In this document: piece after piece, positions 1 through 18,700 of the stretch | Layout of the letters: every line of letters starts with the position of its first letter | How positions within the stretch are numbered: the first letter of the stretch is position 1 | Assembly (NCBI RefSeq): GCF_964204645.1 | Contig: NC_134028.1 | Location: forward strand, 620,001-684,000 | Reading direction: 5' to 3' | From: Tubulanus polymorphus | Lineage: Eukaryota > Animalia > Nemertea | DNA length: 64,000 bases | Notes under the pieces: generated by a model | Seen by the model: the letters and a program-made list of their open reading frames with translations, nothing else | Databases searched by the model: none | Told to the model about the DNA's origin: nothing | Translations under genes and position numbers: made by a program

Positions 1-530
1 TCAGACCCTGATATATACAGGTTTATATGTTCAGACCCTGATATATACAGGTTTATATGTTCAGACCGTGATATATACAGGTTTATATGTTCAGACCGTG
101 ATATATACAGGTTTATATGTTCAGACCGTGATATATACAGGTTTATATGTTCAGACCGTGATATATACAGGTTTATATGTTCAGACCGTGATATATACAG
201 GTTTATATGTTCAGACCGTGATATATACAGGTTTATATGGTCAGACCGTGATGTATACAGGTTTATATGTTCAGACCCTGATATATACAGGTTTATATGT
301 TCAGACCGTGATATATACAGGTTTATATGTTCAGACTGTGATATATACAGGTTTATATGTTCAGACCCTGATATATACAGGTTTATATGGTCAGACCGTG
401 ATGTATACAGGTTTATATGTTCAGACCCTGATATATACAGGTTTATATGTTCAGACCCTGATATATACAGGTTTATATGTTCAGACCCTGATATATACAG
501 GTTTATATGTTCAGACCGTGATGTATACAG
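1..530. repeat. 30-bp minisatellite (TCAGACCGTGATATATACAGGTTTATATGT)n, intronic in PSD
   Basis: About 17 near-identical tandem units, truncated by the window start; ORF 68..583 is just its translation. Confidence 0.97.
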
Positions 531-919
531 GTTGTTTAGACCTGGTTGAGTTTCTACTGATGCTAATGATAGTCATAAATTGACTCAGTTCTCATCTATT
601 TAATCTGATTTCATTTAATGTTTATTATCAGTAATTGTGTGTGTGTGTGTGTGTGTACAGTATTGTATTAATGTTAGAGGATTCCTTGATTGCCACAGTA
701 TCATTCAATCCACTGGGGACAACAGGCCGCCGGCAATAGATGCTTCCACGTGACCTTTCTAAACTCTGGACACTTGATGTTGATTTCACTTGTGTTCACT
801 GTACTGCCTGTAGTTTATATTCATGATTCAGGACCATTTTGAAAATTTAGTGATATGTTGTATTTATAGATGTGTAGCAGGAAAATCATTAACTTGTATT
901 TGATTTGTTTATATTTCAG

Positions 920-6915
<5,996 letters not shown>

Positions 6916-7756
6916 GAGGATGGGGACCGGGACCGGGGTTGAGTATTTTTAGAAATGGAAGAAAAAAATTGATGGCTTTGGATTGTTTCATATACAACAC
7001 ACACTTCATCCTGTATAATTCATGACCCGTCGGATTCTGGGGTGACATTGAATTCTATCAAATAAAAGTGACACATTTTTGCACCCGGTTAATTAAAAAG
7101 TCATCTCCCTCTCCACTTATACAATGTATCATAATTAACTCCTATGTTATTATTAGGTAACTGCAGAAACATGTTGTTTATTACTGAAATGTATCACAGC
7201 ATTGAACCATGTATTAAAGTGCAGTCAGTATCTGGGATACATCATGGATACATCACATCACTCAGTGTCTTCAATTCTTCTAGCATGACAATGAGTTAGT
7301 TTTAACAACTTTACCTATCTATGAATAACAAACCTGACTTCAGATCAACTAAAGCAACTTGATTGATAATTAGTTAATGAATTTAAACTCAATTCCTCAC
7401 CCCCATCTCCTCCCCCTCCCCATCTCCTCCCCCTCCCCATCTCCTCCCCCTCTCCCTGATATAACAGTGTTTGAATGTTTGTTATTGTAAGATTTGATGA
7501 TATAAAGAGCAATAATGTTTTCTATTTCATACACAACACAAACAATTTCTATCAGATCTATTTTAACTTTTCTATAATAAACGAAGTTTAGAGGGATGTT
7601 TTACATTTTAATATAGTAAAGCACTAGCAGCTGTGGTGTGTAGGGGGGGGGGGTTCGTAGCATCCCTATTAACTCCTAGCCCACAGCTCAACTGTTGAAT
7701 TCATCACTTGTTGAACAGACATCAGACTGTCTGCTGCTGGTCAACTTATATATGTA

Positions 7757-8040
7757 AACAAACTGACCACATTCCCCTAGGGTTAATGAACCAACCCTAG
7801 CTGATTAACCCTAAGGTTACTATGGAATAACCCTAGCTGATTAACCCTAGGGTTAGAATGAACTTACCCTAGATTGTGATTGGTCTGTAGGTGGTCACCT
7901 GATATAAACAAACTGACCACATTCCCCTAGGGTTAATGAACCAACCCTAGCTGACTAACCCTAGGGTCAGAATGGAATAACTCTAGCTACCTAACCCTAG
8001 GGTTAGAATGAACTTACCCTAGACTGTGATTGGTCTACAG
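7757..8040. repeat. ~150-bp direct duplication built from AACCCTAGGGTT palindromes and CCCTAG motifs
   Basis: AAACAAACTGACCACATTCCCCTAGGGTTAATGAACC...GTGATTGGTCT occurs twice. Confidence 0.8.
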
Positions 8041-8221
8041 GGGATCACATGATATATATAAACAGGTAATTCCGTGTATTTCGAGGGGTTAGGCTTTTTT
8101 ATGACTATTCAAACCAAGGCTAGATACTGATACTGATACTGATACTGACATATCTATCAATCTGTTGGTTGTTTGTGATTTCATGTTCATAACATGTATA
8201 TAATTTAATAAGCCAGTCCTG

Positions 8222-8431
8222 CATCAGTGCTTACTGCAGTGACTGAGGTCAGGTAGTTATCAGCGCTTACTGCAGTGACTGAGGTCAGGTAGTTATCAGT
8301 GCTTACTGCAGTGACTGAGGTCAGGTAGTTATCAGCGCTTACTGCAGTGACTGAGGTCAGGTAGTTATCAGCGCTTACTGCAGTGACTGAGGTCAGGTAG
8401 TTATCAGTGCTTACTGCAGTGACTGAGGTCA
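8222..8431. repeat. 33-bp minisatellite (GCTTACTGCAGTGACTGAGGTCAGGTAGTTATCAG-type)
   Basis: About 6 tandem copies. Confidence 0.93.
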
Positions 8432-8647
8432 CGGTAGTAAAATGATGAAATTGTTTTTTTTAATTTATTTATCATTAGGTGCTAAAATTATTCGCAACAA
8501 AGTCACTTTTTAAACTATTACAAAAACGTCTGTAGTTTTAAACTCCAAATAGTGGTGAATATTGATAAAAATTGATAGTTAAATAAACCTTCACTAAATA
8601 TTAGAGATCAGTTCAATACTACAGTTATACACGTTGAGTTTACTGTA

Positions 8648-9438
8648 AGAGTTGTAGAGGAGTTCTGTAATGCGAGTTGTAGAGGAGTTCTGTAACGCGA
8701 GTTGTAGAGGAGTTCTGTAATGCGAGTTGTAGAGGAGTTCTGTAATGCGAGTTGTAGAGGAGTTCTGTAACGCGAGTTGTAGAGGAGTTCTGTAATGCGA
8801 GTTGTAGAGGAGTTCTGTAACGCGAGTTGTAGAGGAGTTCTGTAATGCGAGTTGTAGAGGAGTTCTGTAATGCGAGTTGTAGAGGAGTTCTGTAATGCGA
8901 GTTGTAGAGGAGTTCTGTAATGCGAGTTGTAGAGGAGTTCTGTAATGCGAGTTGTAGAGGAGTTCTGTAATGCGAGTTGTAGAGGAGTTCTGTAATGCGA
9001 GTTGTAGAGGAGTTCTGTAATGCGAGTTGTAGAGGAGTTCTGTAATGCGAGTTGTAGAGGAGTTCTGTAATGCGAGTTGTAGAGGAGTTCTGTAATGCGA
9101 GTTGTAGAGGAGTTCTGTAATGCGAGTTGTAGAGGAGTTCTGTAACGCGAGTTGTAGAGGAGTTCTGTAACGCGAGTTGTAGAGGAGTTCTGTAACGCGA
9201 GTTGTAGAGGAGTTCTGTAACGCGAGTTGTAGAGGAGTTCTGTAACGCGAGTTGTAGAGGAGTTCTGTAACGCGAGTTGTAGAGGAGTTCTGTAACGCGA
9301 GTTGTAGAGGAGTTCTGTAACGCGAGTTGTAGAGGAGTTCTGTAACGCGAGTTGTAGAGGAGTTCTGTAACGCGAGTTGTAGAGGAGTTCTGTAACGCGA
9401 GTTGTAGAGGAGTTCTGTAATGCGAGTTGTAGAGGAGT
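8648..9438. repeat. Minisatellite (GAGTTGTAGAGGAGTTCTGTAAYGC)n, 25-bp unit
   Basis: About 31 near-identical tandem copies; explains spurious ORF 8594..9592. Confidence 0.97.
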
Positions 9439-10213
9439 TAACTGTGTTCAATGATTGTATATAAAGGGGTATATACTGTGTAAAAAGTGTATAATGATGT
9501 GTGTATATAGTCCGTTCTATGTTTACTGTGTTTTCATCTCCGCCAATCAGAAAAACTATTTTTCGTCTCGTCAATCGAGAAGTTTTTTCCAAACGAATGA
9601 AGTTTATTCTTTTAAAATTGTGACTGGTTTCGAATAAGAAGTTTTAACTGGAAATGAACTAGTGTGATCGCACTAGTCAGTGTTAGTGGTGCACTCATCA
9701 ATATTAATGAGTGTTTTTAGTGAAATTATTGTTTTTGAAGTAGTTTTAAACTCTCTCCAGTGAGACTCACTGTGGAGTCACTCACACTAAGTGGAGTCGA
9801 GTCTATAGAGAGTCATTCACACTTGCGGCATAGTCGACTCCAGGAGTCCAATGGGTATTAGGGTATATATCGTTATATTGTATTTGTAATAATTCTTAGA
9901 TGCAGTTCATAGTCTGTTCTGTATTAATAAATAAATGACAGTCAAAAAACTAGAAAATCACTCTTTTTCAAACTTATATTTCATGTAGAATTGTAGTTAA
10001 TCAGTTAGTCAGTACTGGTAGTCATTTAGTCAATGCTAGTAGGATCAGTAGTCAGTCAGTCTTTGAAGGAATGGGCTGCTGTAGGAATGGGCGTCATGTC
10101 AATGCAGGATAGATGGAAGAGGAGCCTGTAATGTATGTAACACTGATACTGTATGTATGTATGTTAGTGCGTATGTTTGTTACTGTGTTTTAATTGTTTG
10201 TGATATTTTTCAG

Positions 10214-10244
10214 TGAGAATTATATCTACATAACGCATTTATAA
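10214..10244 (+). CDS. PSD: Candidate alternative PSD terminal micro-exon encoding ...S-ENYIYITHL*
   Basis: TTTTTCAG acceptor, phase 2 matching the internal donor AG|GTATAG at 6860/6861, stop TAA at 10242-10244, then a GTAAGA donor at 10247. Confidence 0.55.
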
Positions 10245-10886
10245 ATGTAAGACAAAAACCGCCTTTCTATAATAACTAACTGTAAAACTGGATGCGATAA
10301 AACACACGCCTGACGAGTTCGAGTTGGCGATAGAATTCACTTGTGTTGTAGTTGATTTCACAGTTTTATACTAACAGATTTAAAAATACCACTGCGCCAT
10401 CTGTGGTATTTAATGATAATTAACTTTCTCCGCTCTAACTATAGTAAGTACCATAGACAGGACTGTACGTAGGTAACCAAGGCAACAGGGCAGTGCTATG
10501 TCTGTGTTCTGTAAAATGTCTTGTATTTTGGTTTTGTTTGGTCAGTTGTTCGTTCATTAATAATTTTGCACGTGTTTTTGTGGTTTTTCACTTCGGTTCT
10601 AGTTGCTTTTTTCATAGTTCAATAGTCAGTTAGTTTAAACCCTTTTTATATTTATTAGTTTTCAGTTGATATCAGGTTATTACTCTTATTACAATTATTG
10701 TATTTGCTTGAATATAAACAATTCGATTTCTATGTGTATATTTATATATGGCATGGTTGGATCAGCGATGTTCTCACCACTGCTTGCATCTTATCATAGC
10801 TTTCTAGTAAATACTGATCTACATATCACTATTTGCAGTCAGTATTATTAAACGATGCATAAGATATGTTTTGATTATATTTTCAG

Positions 10887-11016
10887 AGTTTCGCGGAGCT
10901 GTGAAGATGTTGAGTTAGATTTCAGCGGGTCGGGATTCGTCGTAAAAAGGCATCCTCCAAATTCTCCGGAGATTCGACCCAGAGTCAACAGTCTTTCATA
11001 CGAAACATCTCTTTAA
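10887..11016 (+). CDS. PSD: Candidate alternative PSD last exon encoding R-VSRSCEDVELDFSGSGFVVKRHPPNSPEIRPRVNSLSYETSL*
   Basis: TTTTCAG acceptor, phase 2 matching donor at 6861, GC-richer 43-codon open frame ending in the class I PDZ ligand ETSL. Confidence 0.65.
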
Positions 11017-11035
11017 AATAGAACTCTGTTCTTAA

Positions 11036-11210
11036 CCCCAGTGAAGTTCATTACATGTTCCTTATTCCTTATTCTGTTACTTATTGAGAATTCATCTCCC
11101 GATAAGGAACAAGGAACAGTTACTTGTTCTTTGCTCCTTATTGGGAGATGAATTCTCGGTAAGTAACGAGAAAATCTGAATAATGAACAAGTAATGAACT
11201 TCACTCGGGT
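11036..11210. mobile_element. Foldback MITE-like element
   Basis: Outer inverted repeat ACCCAGTGAAGTTCATTACATGTTC / GAACAAGTAATGAACTTCACTCGGGT plus inner GAGAATTCATCTCCC...GGGAGATGAATTCTC. Confidence 0.75.
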
Positions 11211-12569
11211 ATATTTTAATCAATATTCTGACGATATGTAATAATTTATTGTATATAGTTTTATATGTTTTCCTCTGAATTATCAAATCTTCTGTTACAC
11301 TTAAATCAATTTATATTTAATGAGTTTTTTATGAATCGTTCTCTTAAGTCATAAATAAGACTTTTCTATGCGTTATAGTTAACATCAGAACTGTGCAAAA
11401 TTTTCTGACAATTTGAATTTTAGTTCACATAGTTCACAACTCACAGCGCTCTTTAATTGTACTGTATTGAAAGCATCACAAAGTCGACCGTCGACTACCA
11501 CATTAGTGATATAGAATGTTAATGGTATAGAGAGTTATGAGCACCGGTACCAAGGCTTCAGCAGGGATTTATGGGAGGAGGCGTCCGGGGGTCGATGACG
11601 GGGGGCGTCCGGGGTTGACTGCTGTTTATTTATGTGAGTTTCGGTGCTTGCTTAGAGGATGAAGATGAATAAATAAAGGTTTTAAATTTGAATTCGATGT
11701 ATTTGACATTTTAGTTTTTGGATGGTGGTTTTAAATGATTCCTCGATGTGAGGATGCTAGCTAGGATGGCATCGTCACTTTCAGCACAATTCCTTATTCA
11801 ACTGCAAGTTGGAACCTCCAGTATTCAAAGCTCAAGGCTCCATTCAATTAAGGATATTGGTTGCATCACTTGAACCTGGAAATGTGGCTTAAACTAGATC
11901 GAGCACCTCTGTGCCCAGAGGTCAGGAAAAATGTAAAGACAAGATATATAAATGTATTCTCCTGACTAAGAAATGATAGTATAAAGAGGTCTAAAAGGAT
12001 CAGAAAACAGAAAAGATACAAAATAATACAGACTAGTGATTCTATAGTTTTCGCTTGAAAATACAATTGTTTAAGCATATTTATTTGACTGTTTTGACTT
12101 CACTAATTCATTAACCTAAAGGAAACCACATCGCCATCAAGTTTGAGAAATGATCAGCTCGCCTTCTAATGGTAAGCTCACTGACGGTGTCATTACACCG
12201 TCGCCATCTATGAATACAGGACTAATGTCTATTTCAGCTGCAGAATGTCTGGCCAGTGGCTTAGCTCAGTCAGTTTTAGCAGTTTCAGTGGTAGTATTAA
12301 ATCAGGACCACTGCCCGTCCCAGGATTGATTCACTAATTCAGTGAAATAGCAAGCGGTTAAAATTGGCAGAGGACCGGCAATAATGCAAACGCTCAATGA
12401 AGACTTTTGGCAACTTCGTTACAGTCTAAAATGGATAAATCGATGTTTTAGTTCTACGCATCGATGCTGGTCTGTGTAGGATACCACCGGCTGACAGCGG
12501 GAGGCTCCGCACGGCCGCCCGCCACCTGGAAACAGTACCGTCTAGTGCTGCCACGCTGTGGCTGGTAAA

Positions 12570-12615
12570 TGACGTCAGAACCAGGAAGTAAATAGCGCTG
12601 TGTTTCTCCTCAGTT
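12570..12615 (+). promoter_or_regulatory. Candidate CPE core promoter: CRE, ETS site, TATA-like element and Inr
   Basis: TGACGTCA (12570), CAGGAAGT, TAAATA and TCAGTT, 120-160 bp upstream of the ATG. Confidence 0.45.
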
Positions 12616-12730
12616 TGACAGCTGGTGCATTTTCTCAGTTACAGTAACAGCTGCAGTTGATCTAACACCCGAACACCGGCAGATTGAACAGCGATTTTCT
12701 TTAACACTAAAACAGCGGTTGATTTAAACT

Positions 12731-15700
12731 ATGAATCATGTTCGAAGTTTGATAGTAGTTTTAGTAGTAGTTTTAGGGCTACAGCAAAATGCAGCCGCTG
12801 CTGGATCGGAATATAACTTAAAACATCATCACAACTACAAGCAATTAGTGGCAACGTTGAATCGAGTTCATCAGAAATGTCCTCATCTAACTCGAGTCTA
12901 CAACTTGACGGCATCGCCGAAACCAGATACAACAGTTGGTGGAAACAAGTTAACAGTCATTGAGTTCTCAAACAACCCAGGAAAACATGCTCCGGGTAAG
13001 TCAGTCAAAATAACAAACAGAGATTGACGACTCATCGGGAAAAGGGGATAAAATTTGAGACAAAAGAAAGGAGACCTGCTTTACTTTTAGGCCCTATAGA
13101 GATGATAGAGTGATGTGGGCTACACAGTCACGACCAGATAATTTGTTGTTTACTTATTTTTGTCTTGAGATCAGTTTCATATCAGTTATTAAACTCTTTA
13201 AAAATGTATATATAGTTTGATAGATAAGCTTTGTTACGATCTCCTGAAAATAGCTGTAGTTTTGTATGTGACCTGCCTCTCAGATGCCTCACAGCAACTG
13301 ATTTCACAGTTATACTGAATTATGGCAAACTAAATATTTCACTACGAGGTTCTTAAATAACTATTTGATTTAGAGCTTTGTAATAAATAGCCTCCCGAAA
13401 ATCCATCATTCAATTATCATTTCATGCTAGAGAACTCAAACTGTCCCCTGATTCTTATTCTAATAACATTATCAGCTGGAAAATATCTGAAAAACTGAAT
13501 GAAAAATATCTAAAACTGAATGGAAAATATCTCTGAAACTGAATGGAAAATATCTCTAAAACTGATTGGAAAATATCTCTAAAACTGATTGGAAAATATC
13601 TCTAAAACTGAATGGAAAATATCTCTAAAACTGAATGGAAAATATCTCTAAAACTGAATGGAAAATATCTCTAAAACTGAATGGAAAATATCTCTAAAAC
13701 TGATTGGAAAATATCTCTAAAACTGAATGGAAAATATCTCTAAAACTGAATGGAAAATATCTCTGAAACAGAATGGAAAATATCTCTAAAACTGAATGGA
13801 AAATATCCCTAAAACTGAATGGAAAATATCCCTAAAACTGAATGGAAAATATCCCTAAAACTGAATGGAAAATATCTCTAAAACTGAATGGAAAATATCT
13901 CTAAAACTGATTGGAAAATATCTCTAAAACTGAATGGAAAATATCTCTAAAACTGAATGGAAAATATCTCTGAAACAGAATGGAAAATATCTCTAAAACT
14001 GAATGGAAAATATCTCTGAAACTGAATGGAAAATATCTCTAAAACTGAATGGAAAATATCTCTGAAACAGAATGGAAAATATCTCTAAAACTGATTGGAA
14101 AATATCTCTGAAACTGAATGGAAAATATCTCTGAAACAGAATGGAAAATATCTCTAAAACTGAATGGAAAATATCTCTAAAACTGAATGGAAAATATCTC
14201 TGAAACAGAATGGAAAATATCTCTAAAACTGAATGGAAAATATGGATAATATCTGTTGGTTAATCAGTGATTAAAGATGATTTTAGGCTGATTGTTCATA
14301 TGGATATTTTCTGTAAGAGAGAGAGAGAGAGAGGTGTCAGTCCCTGTTACTATGACAACCGATGACGTACTGCCTGTGACACGCTACAGCAGCAGCAGCA
14401 GCAGTAGTAGTTAGTGGTCGTATCTATCTCTGATATTGATCAATTCTCTGGTGTTTATTACATTTTAATGGTCATCTTTATATCGGTTCCTAATGACAAT
14501 GATTTCAACCTGTAACTTTACATACTATTTGTGAAATCTCGTATTTATCGAGATATGCTTTGTTGGCAGTTATAGCAGTAAAAATTGTATGAATCAAATA
14601 GATTTGAGTTGCGTGAATTTTGATAGATTTCAGTTGAAATGGTGTCAGTCAATTATTAGTTAGTGTTTGTGTTTTTTTCAGGTAAACCGATGTTTAAGTA
14701 TGTAGGTAACATGCACGGTAATGAAGTCGTAGGAAGAGAATTACTCTTAAAACTTGTCGATTATTTGTGTGAAGAATATAAAGCTGGAAACGTAGAAATT
14801 CAGAAATTGATAAATAAAACTGAGATTCATATAATGCCCAGCATGAACCCTGATGGATGGCAGTTAGCCAGTGAACAGGTATGTAACAGCTGAAACTAAG
14901 AAAAAAAAATTGTTCTGCTCAATTCAGGAACTTATTTCTAATCCTAGCGCTATCAGTAGCCCCAGCCCCAGTAACCCTGACCCTAATTTCTAACCCTAAC
15001 CCTAACTCCATCTCCATTGCTAACCCTAACCCTAACTCCATCTCCATTGCTAACACTAACCCTAGCTCCAGCCCACCCGGGATTTGAACCCGGGTCTCTC
15101 ATTTGCCAGTGCATTCTCCTAACCACTAGACCACTGTGCTCTAGTTAATGTCTGTGTTTGTCAGTTAGTCTGGTCAATGTGGTGACCCATTGTGCTGTGG
15201 TGACCAGTCAGGTGTGGTCAAATCTATTCACTTATCAATTTCCCATCAATCTCTTTTGATAATTATTCTTATCTGACCCAATAACCTGGAATTTTCATAA
15301 ACAATCCTTGATTCTATAGGACAATATTTCCCACCAGTATCTCGAGATCTTGAATGAACAAACTAGAACAGAAAACTGAATTGAAAATATGACCGAATAT
15401 TCCATCAGTTTTTTACAAAAGGCTAATTTAAAAAATGTTTGTATTTATGTATAGAAGGGTAAGAAGGATTGGTTAGTCGGACGAGCGAATGGTAACGGCG
15501 TCGATCTCAATAGAGATTTCCCAGACATGGATCGAATAGCTTTCAGATTACAAGAACAAGGTTTTGACGATGAATATCACCTCGATCATCTGTTAGATTA
15601 TAAAGATATTCTCGCCGCATTTGAACAGAAATTTGAAGAAGTAAATATTTTAATAAACAGTCGATTCACGAATGAAATACTTGAAGATTTTGTCGAGAAA

Positions 15701-18700
15701 TTTTTTTTGCGTTTGATTAATTTTAGGTTCAGATCGAAACTCGATTGGTGATTCACTGGTTACTGTCGTATCCGTTTGTACTGTCAGCTAATCTTCATGG
15801 GGGGGATATAGTAGCTAATTACCCGTACGATGAGAGTAGAGATCGTCATATACAGAAAGAATACAGTAAATCACCTGATGATAAAACATTCAGGTAAGAA
15901 CTGATTAAACATCACGATTCAGTTCCACAGTTCTCCACATCGTTTTACAGGCTTTACTCTAAAATATTGCAAATCGAGAATTGTGGAGCTTTATCCAGAA
16001 CTGTGGAACTGGATCTAACTGTGGAACTGGATCCAGAACTGTGGAACTGGATCTAACTGTGGAACTGGATCCTGAACTGTGGAACTGGATCCAGAACTGT
16101 GGAACTGGATCCTGAACTGTGGAACTGGATCCTGAACTGTGAAACTGGATCCTGAACTGTGTAACTGGATCCTGAACTGTGAAACTGGATCCTGAACTGT
16201 GAAACTGGATCCTGAACTGTGAAACTGGATCCTGAACTTTAGAATTGGATCCTGAACTGTGGAACTGGATCCAGAACTGTGGAACTGGATCCTGAACTGT
16301 GAAACTGGATCCTGAACTGTGAAACTGGATCCTGAACTGTAGAACTGGATCCTGTGTTCTATTCTATTGCTGATTTCTTGCTAAGTGAATCAATCTGTTT
16401 GTTGCATAGTTTTAAACTGTTTGCTGTTATTTATTGAGATTTAGCTACAACTTTACAACGTATTTTTAAGACATTATCAGTGCCTACCATTCTCCCCTCA
16501 CGCGATGGTATTATCAGTGGTTACCATTCTCCCCTCACGCGATGGTATTATCAGTGCCTACCATTCTCCCCTCACGCGATGGTATTATCAGTGCCTACCA
16601 TTCTCCCCTCACGCGATGGTATGATCAGTGCCTACCATTCTCCCCTCACGCGATGGTATGATCCATTCTCCCCTCACGCGATGGTATGATCCATTCTCCC
16701 CTCACGCGATGGTATGATCCGTTCTCCCCTCACGCGATGGTATGATCCGTTCTCCCCTCGCGATGGTATGATCCATTCTCCCCTCACGCGATGGTATGAT
16801 CCATTCTCCCCTCACGCGATGGTATGATCCATTCTCCCCTCGCGATGGTATTATCCATTCTCCCCTCACGCGATGGTATGATCCGTTCTCCCCTCACGCG
16901 ATGGTATGATCCATTCTCCCCTCACGCGATGGTATGATCCATTCTCCCCTCGCGATGGTATTATCCATTCTCCCCTCACGCGATGGTATGATCCATTCTC
17001 CCCTCGCGATGGTATGATCCATTCTCCCCTTGCGATGGTTCACTGAGTTTCCATCAGTTGTTCTAATATCATTGATCTAACTGTAGTTTTATCCTCACAC
17101 TGGGATTACTACTCGGTCTAAAAAAACATTATTGGTATTTAATCTTAACGCTGATGCATCTCGTGGTGATAATGTGTCACAGAAAAACACCACACAATTC
17201 TGCTGTTTACAAATCAGATTTATATCTCACTCGCCCGGGCAGGTTTCTATCTATTATATCTATCGGTCTGTGATCAACTCCGCCCTAGACTCCATCAGTA
17301 CCGGTAATTACTGACTTTAATTAATAATGCGTAGTGATGTGAAATGTGAGAGATCCTGAGAGTGAAGGGGGTTTTTAGGGAGTGGTGATTATAATATGAG
17401 GGGTTGATTTATCTAGTAATGATGTAAGTTTGCGGTGTATGGTTGTATCAACACGATTACAGTGTCACCTGTCTCTCTCTCCTCTCTCCCTGTCTCTATA
17501 CTAATAATACCTGCAGTAAGCTGCATCAGATTACAATACTGCATTAGACATACCTTATCATCTCAGAAACCTTCAAAATCAAATATCACACATGCAGCAG
17601 CACCAGCAGCACCAGCACCAGCAGCAGCACCAGATAATTTCATTTGACAAAACTGTTGCTCCTTCAGTATAATTTAAGATATCTGAAGTTAATTTAATTA
17701 GTGTCTAATTACATGTGTCTAATTACGTAGTGAGTTAAATGTGAGATAGATTGTAATTATTTCATGAAATGTTGATCTCTCATTGTTCACATTACACACT
17801 ATTTATTTATTACCAGCAAAATGAGTTATTTTTGTGTTGAAGCAAACGATGTTAAACGGAAAGTGAATATAGGATATGTGACGTGTTTAATCTATATTGA
17901 TTGATTGAGTACTGACGAGTTAATCGTGATGTCCACGTGATCCTCACAGAATCCTCACAGAATCCTCACAGGATCCTCACTCCTGCTATATTTATATAAT
18001 ACAGGAAATAGAAGATTCCAATAATGGCATATTCTCAAACAGGATTAATGATTCTCCTAACGGACGGACGGATGGACGGACGGACAGACGACACCCGGTT
18101 CTCCGGATATCTTCACCTATTGCGAAATATTCCACAGATTCTTCATTATGACATTTCTGCACACAGAGTGTATTCACACTCCCCATTACTCCCCTCCACT
18201 CCCTCCCCCTTCACTCCCCTCCCCTGGGATACACTCAACGCTGATAAACGCTATTTGTTACGCACTCATCTGGCTTATCTATTTATTAAGATATATTTCA
18301 TTTGATTATTAAATTCTGAGTCAGTTCAGCAAATATTACCAATCCAGCCACTCACAAACAGGACGACCTCCAACTCACAAACAGGACGACCTCCAACTCA
18401 CAAACAGGACGACCTCCAACTCACAAACAGGACGACCTCCCTTCAACTCAAACAGGACGACCTCCAACTCACAAACAGGACGACCTCCCTTCAACTCAAA
18501 CAGAACGACCTCCCTCCAACTCAAACAGAACGACCTCCCTCCAACTCAAACAGGACAACCTCCCTCCAACTCACAAAAAGGACGACCTCCAACTCACAAA
18601 CAGGACGACCTCCCTCCAACTCACAAACAGGACGACCTCCAACTCACAAACAGGACGACCTCCCTTCAACTCAAACAGGACGACCTCCAACTCACAAACA

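Noticed and set aside
68-583. 171-aa repetitive ORF
   Set aside because: Translation of a 30-bp stop-free minisatellite with a GTG start; no splice or homology support
8594-9592. 332-aa minus-strand ORF
   Set aside because: Translation of the tandem array
10085-10130. Possible further PSD alternative exon (RNGRHVNAG*)
   Set aside because: Weak polypyrimidine tract and no recognisable motif; not enough support
11740-11930. Possible degraded CR1/L2 reverse-transcriptase fragment
   Set aside because: Only faint peptide resemblance with several stops; needs BLASTX
14990-15065. CTAACCCTAAC as a telomerase RNA template or true telomere
   Set aside because: The motif recurs at many dispersed sites inside repeats; no supporting structure seen
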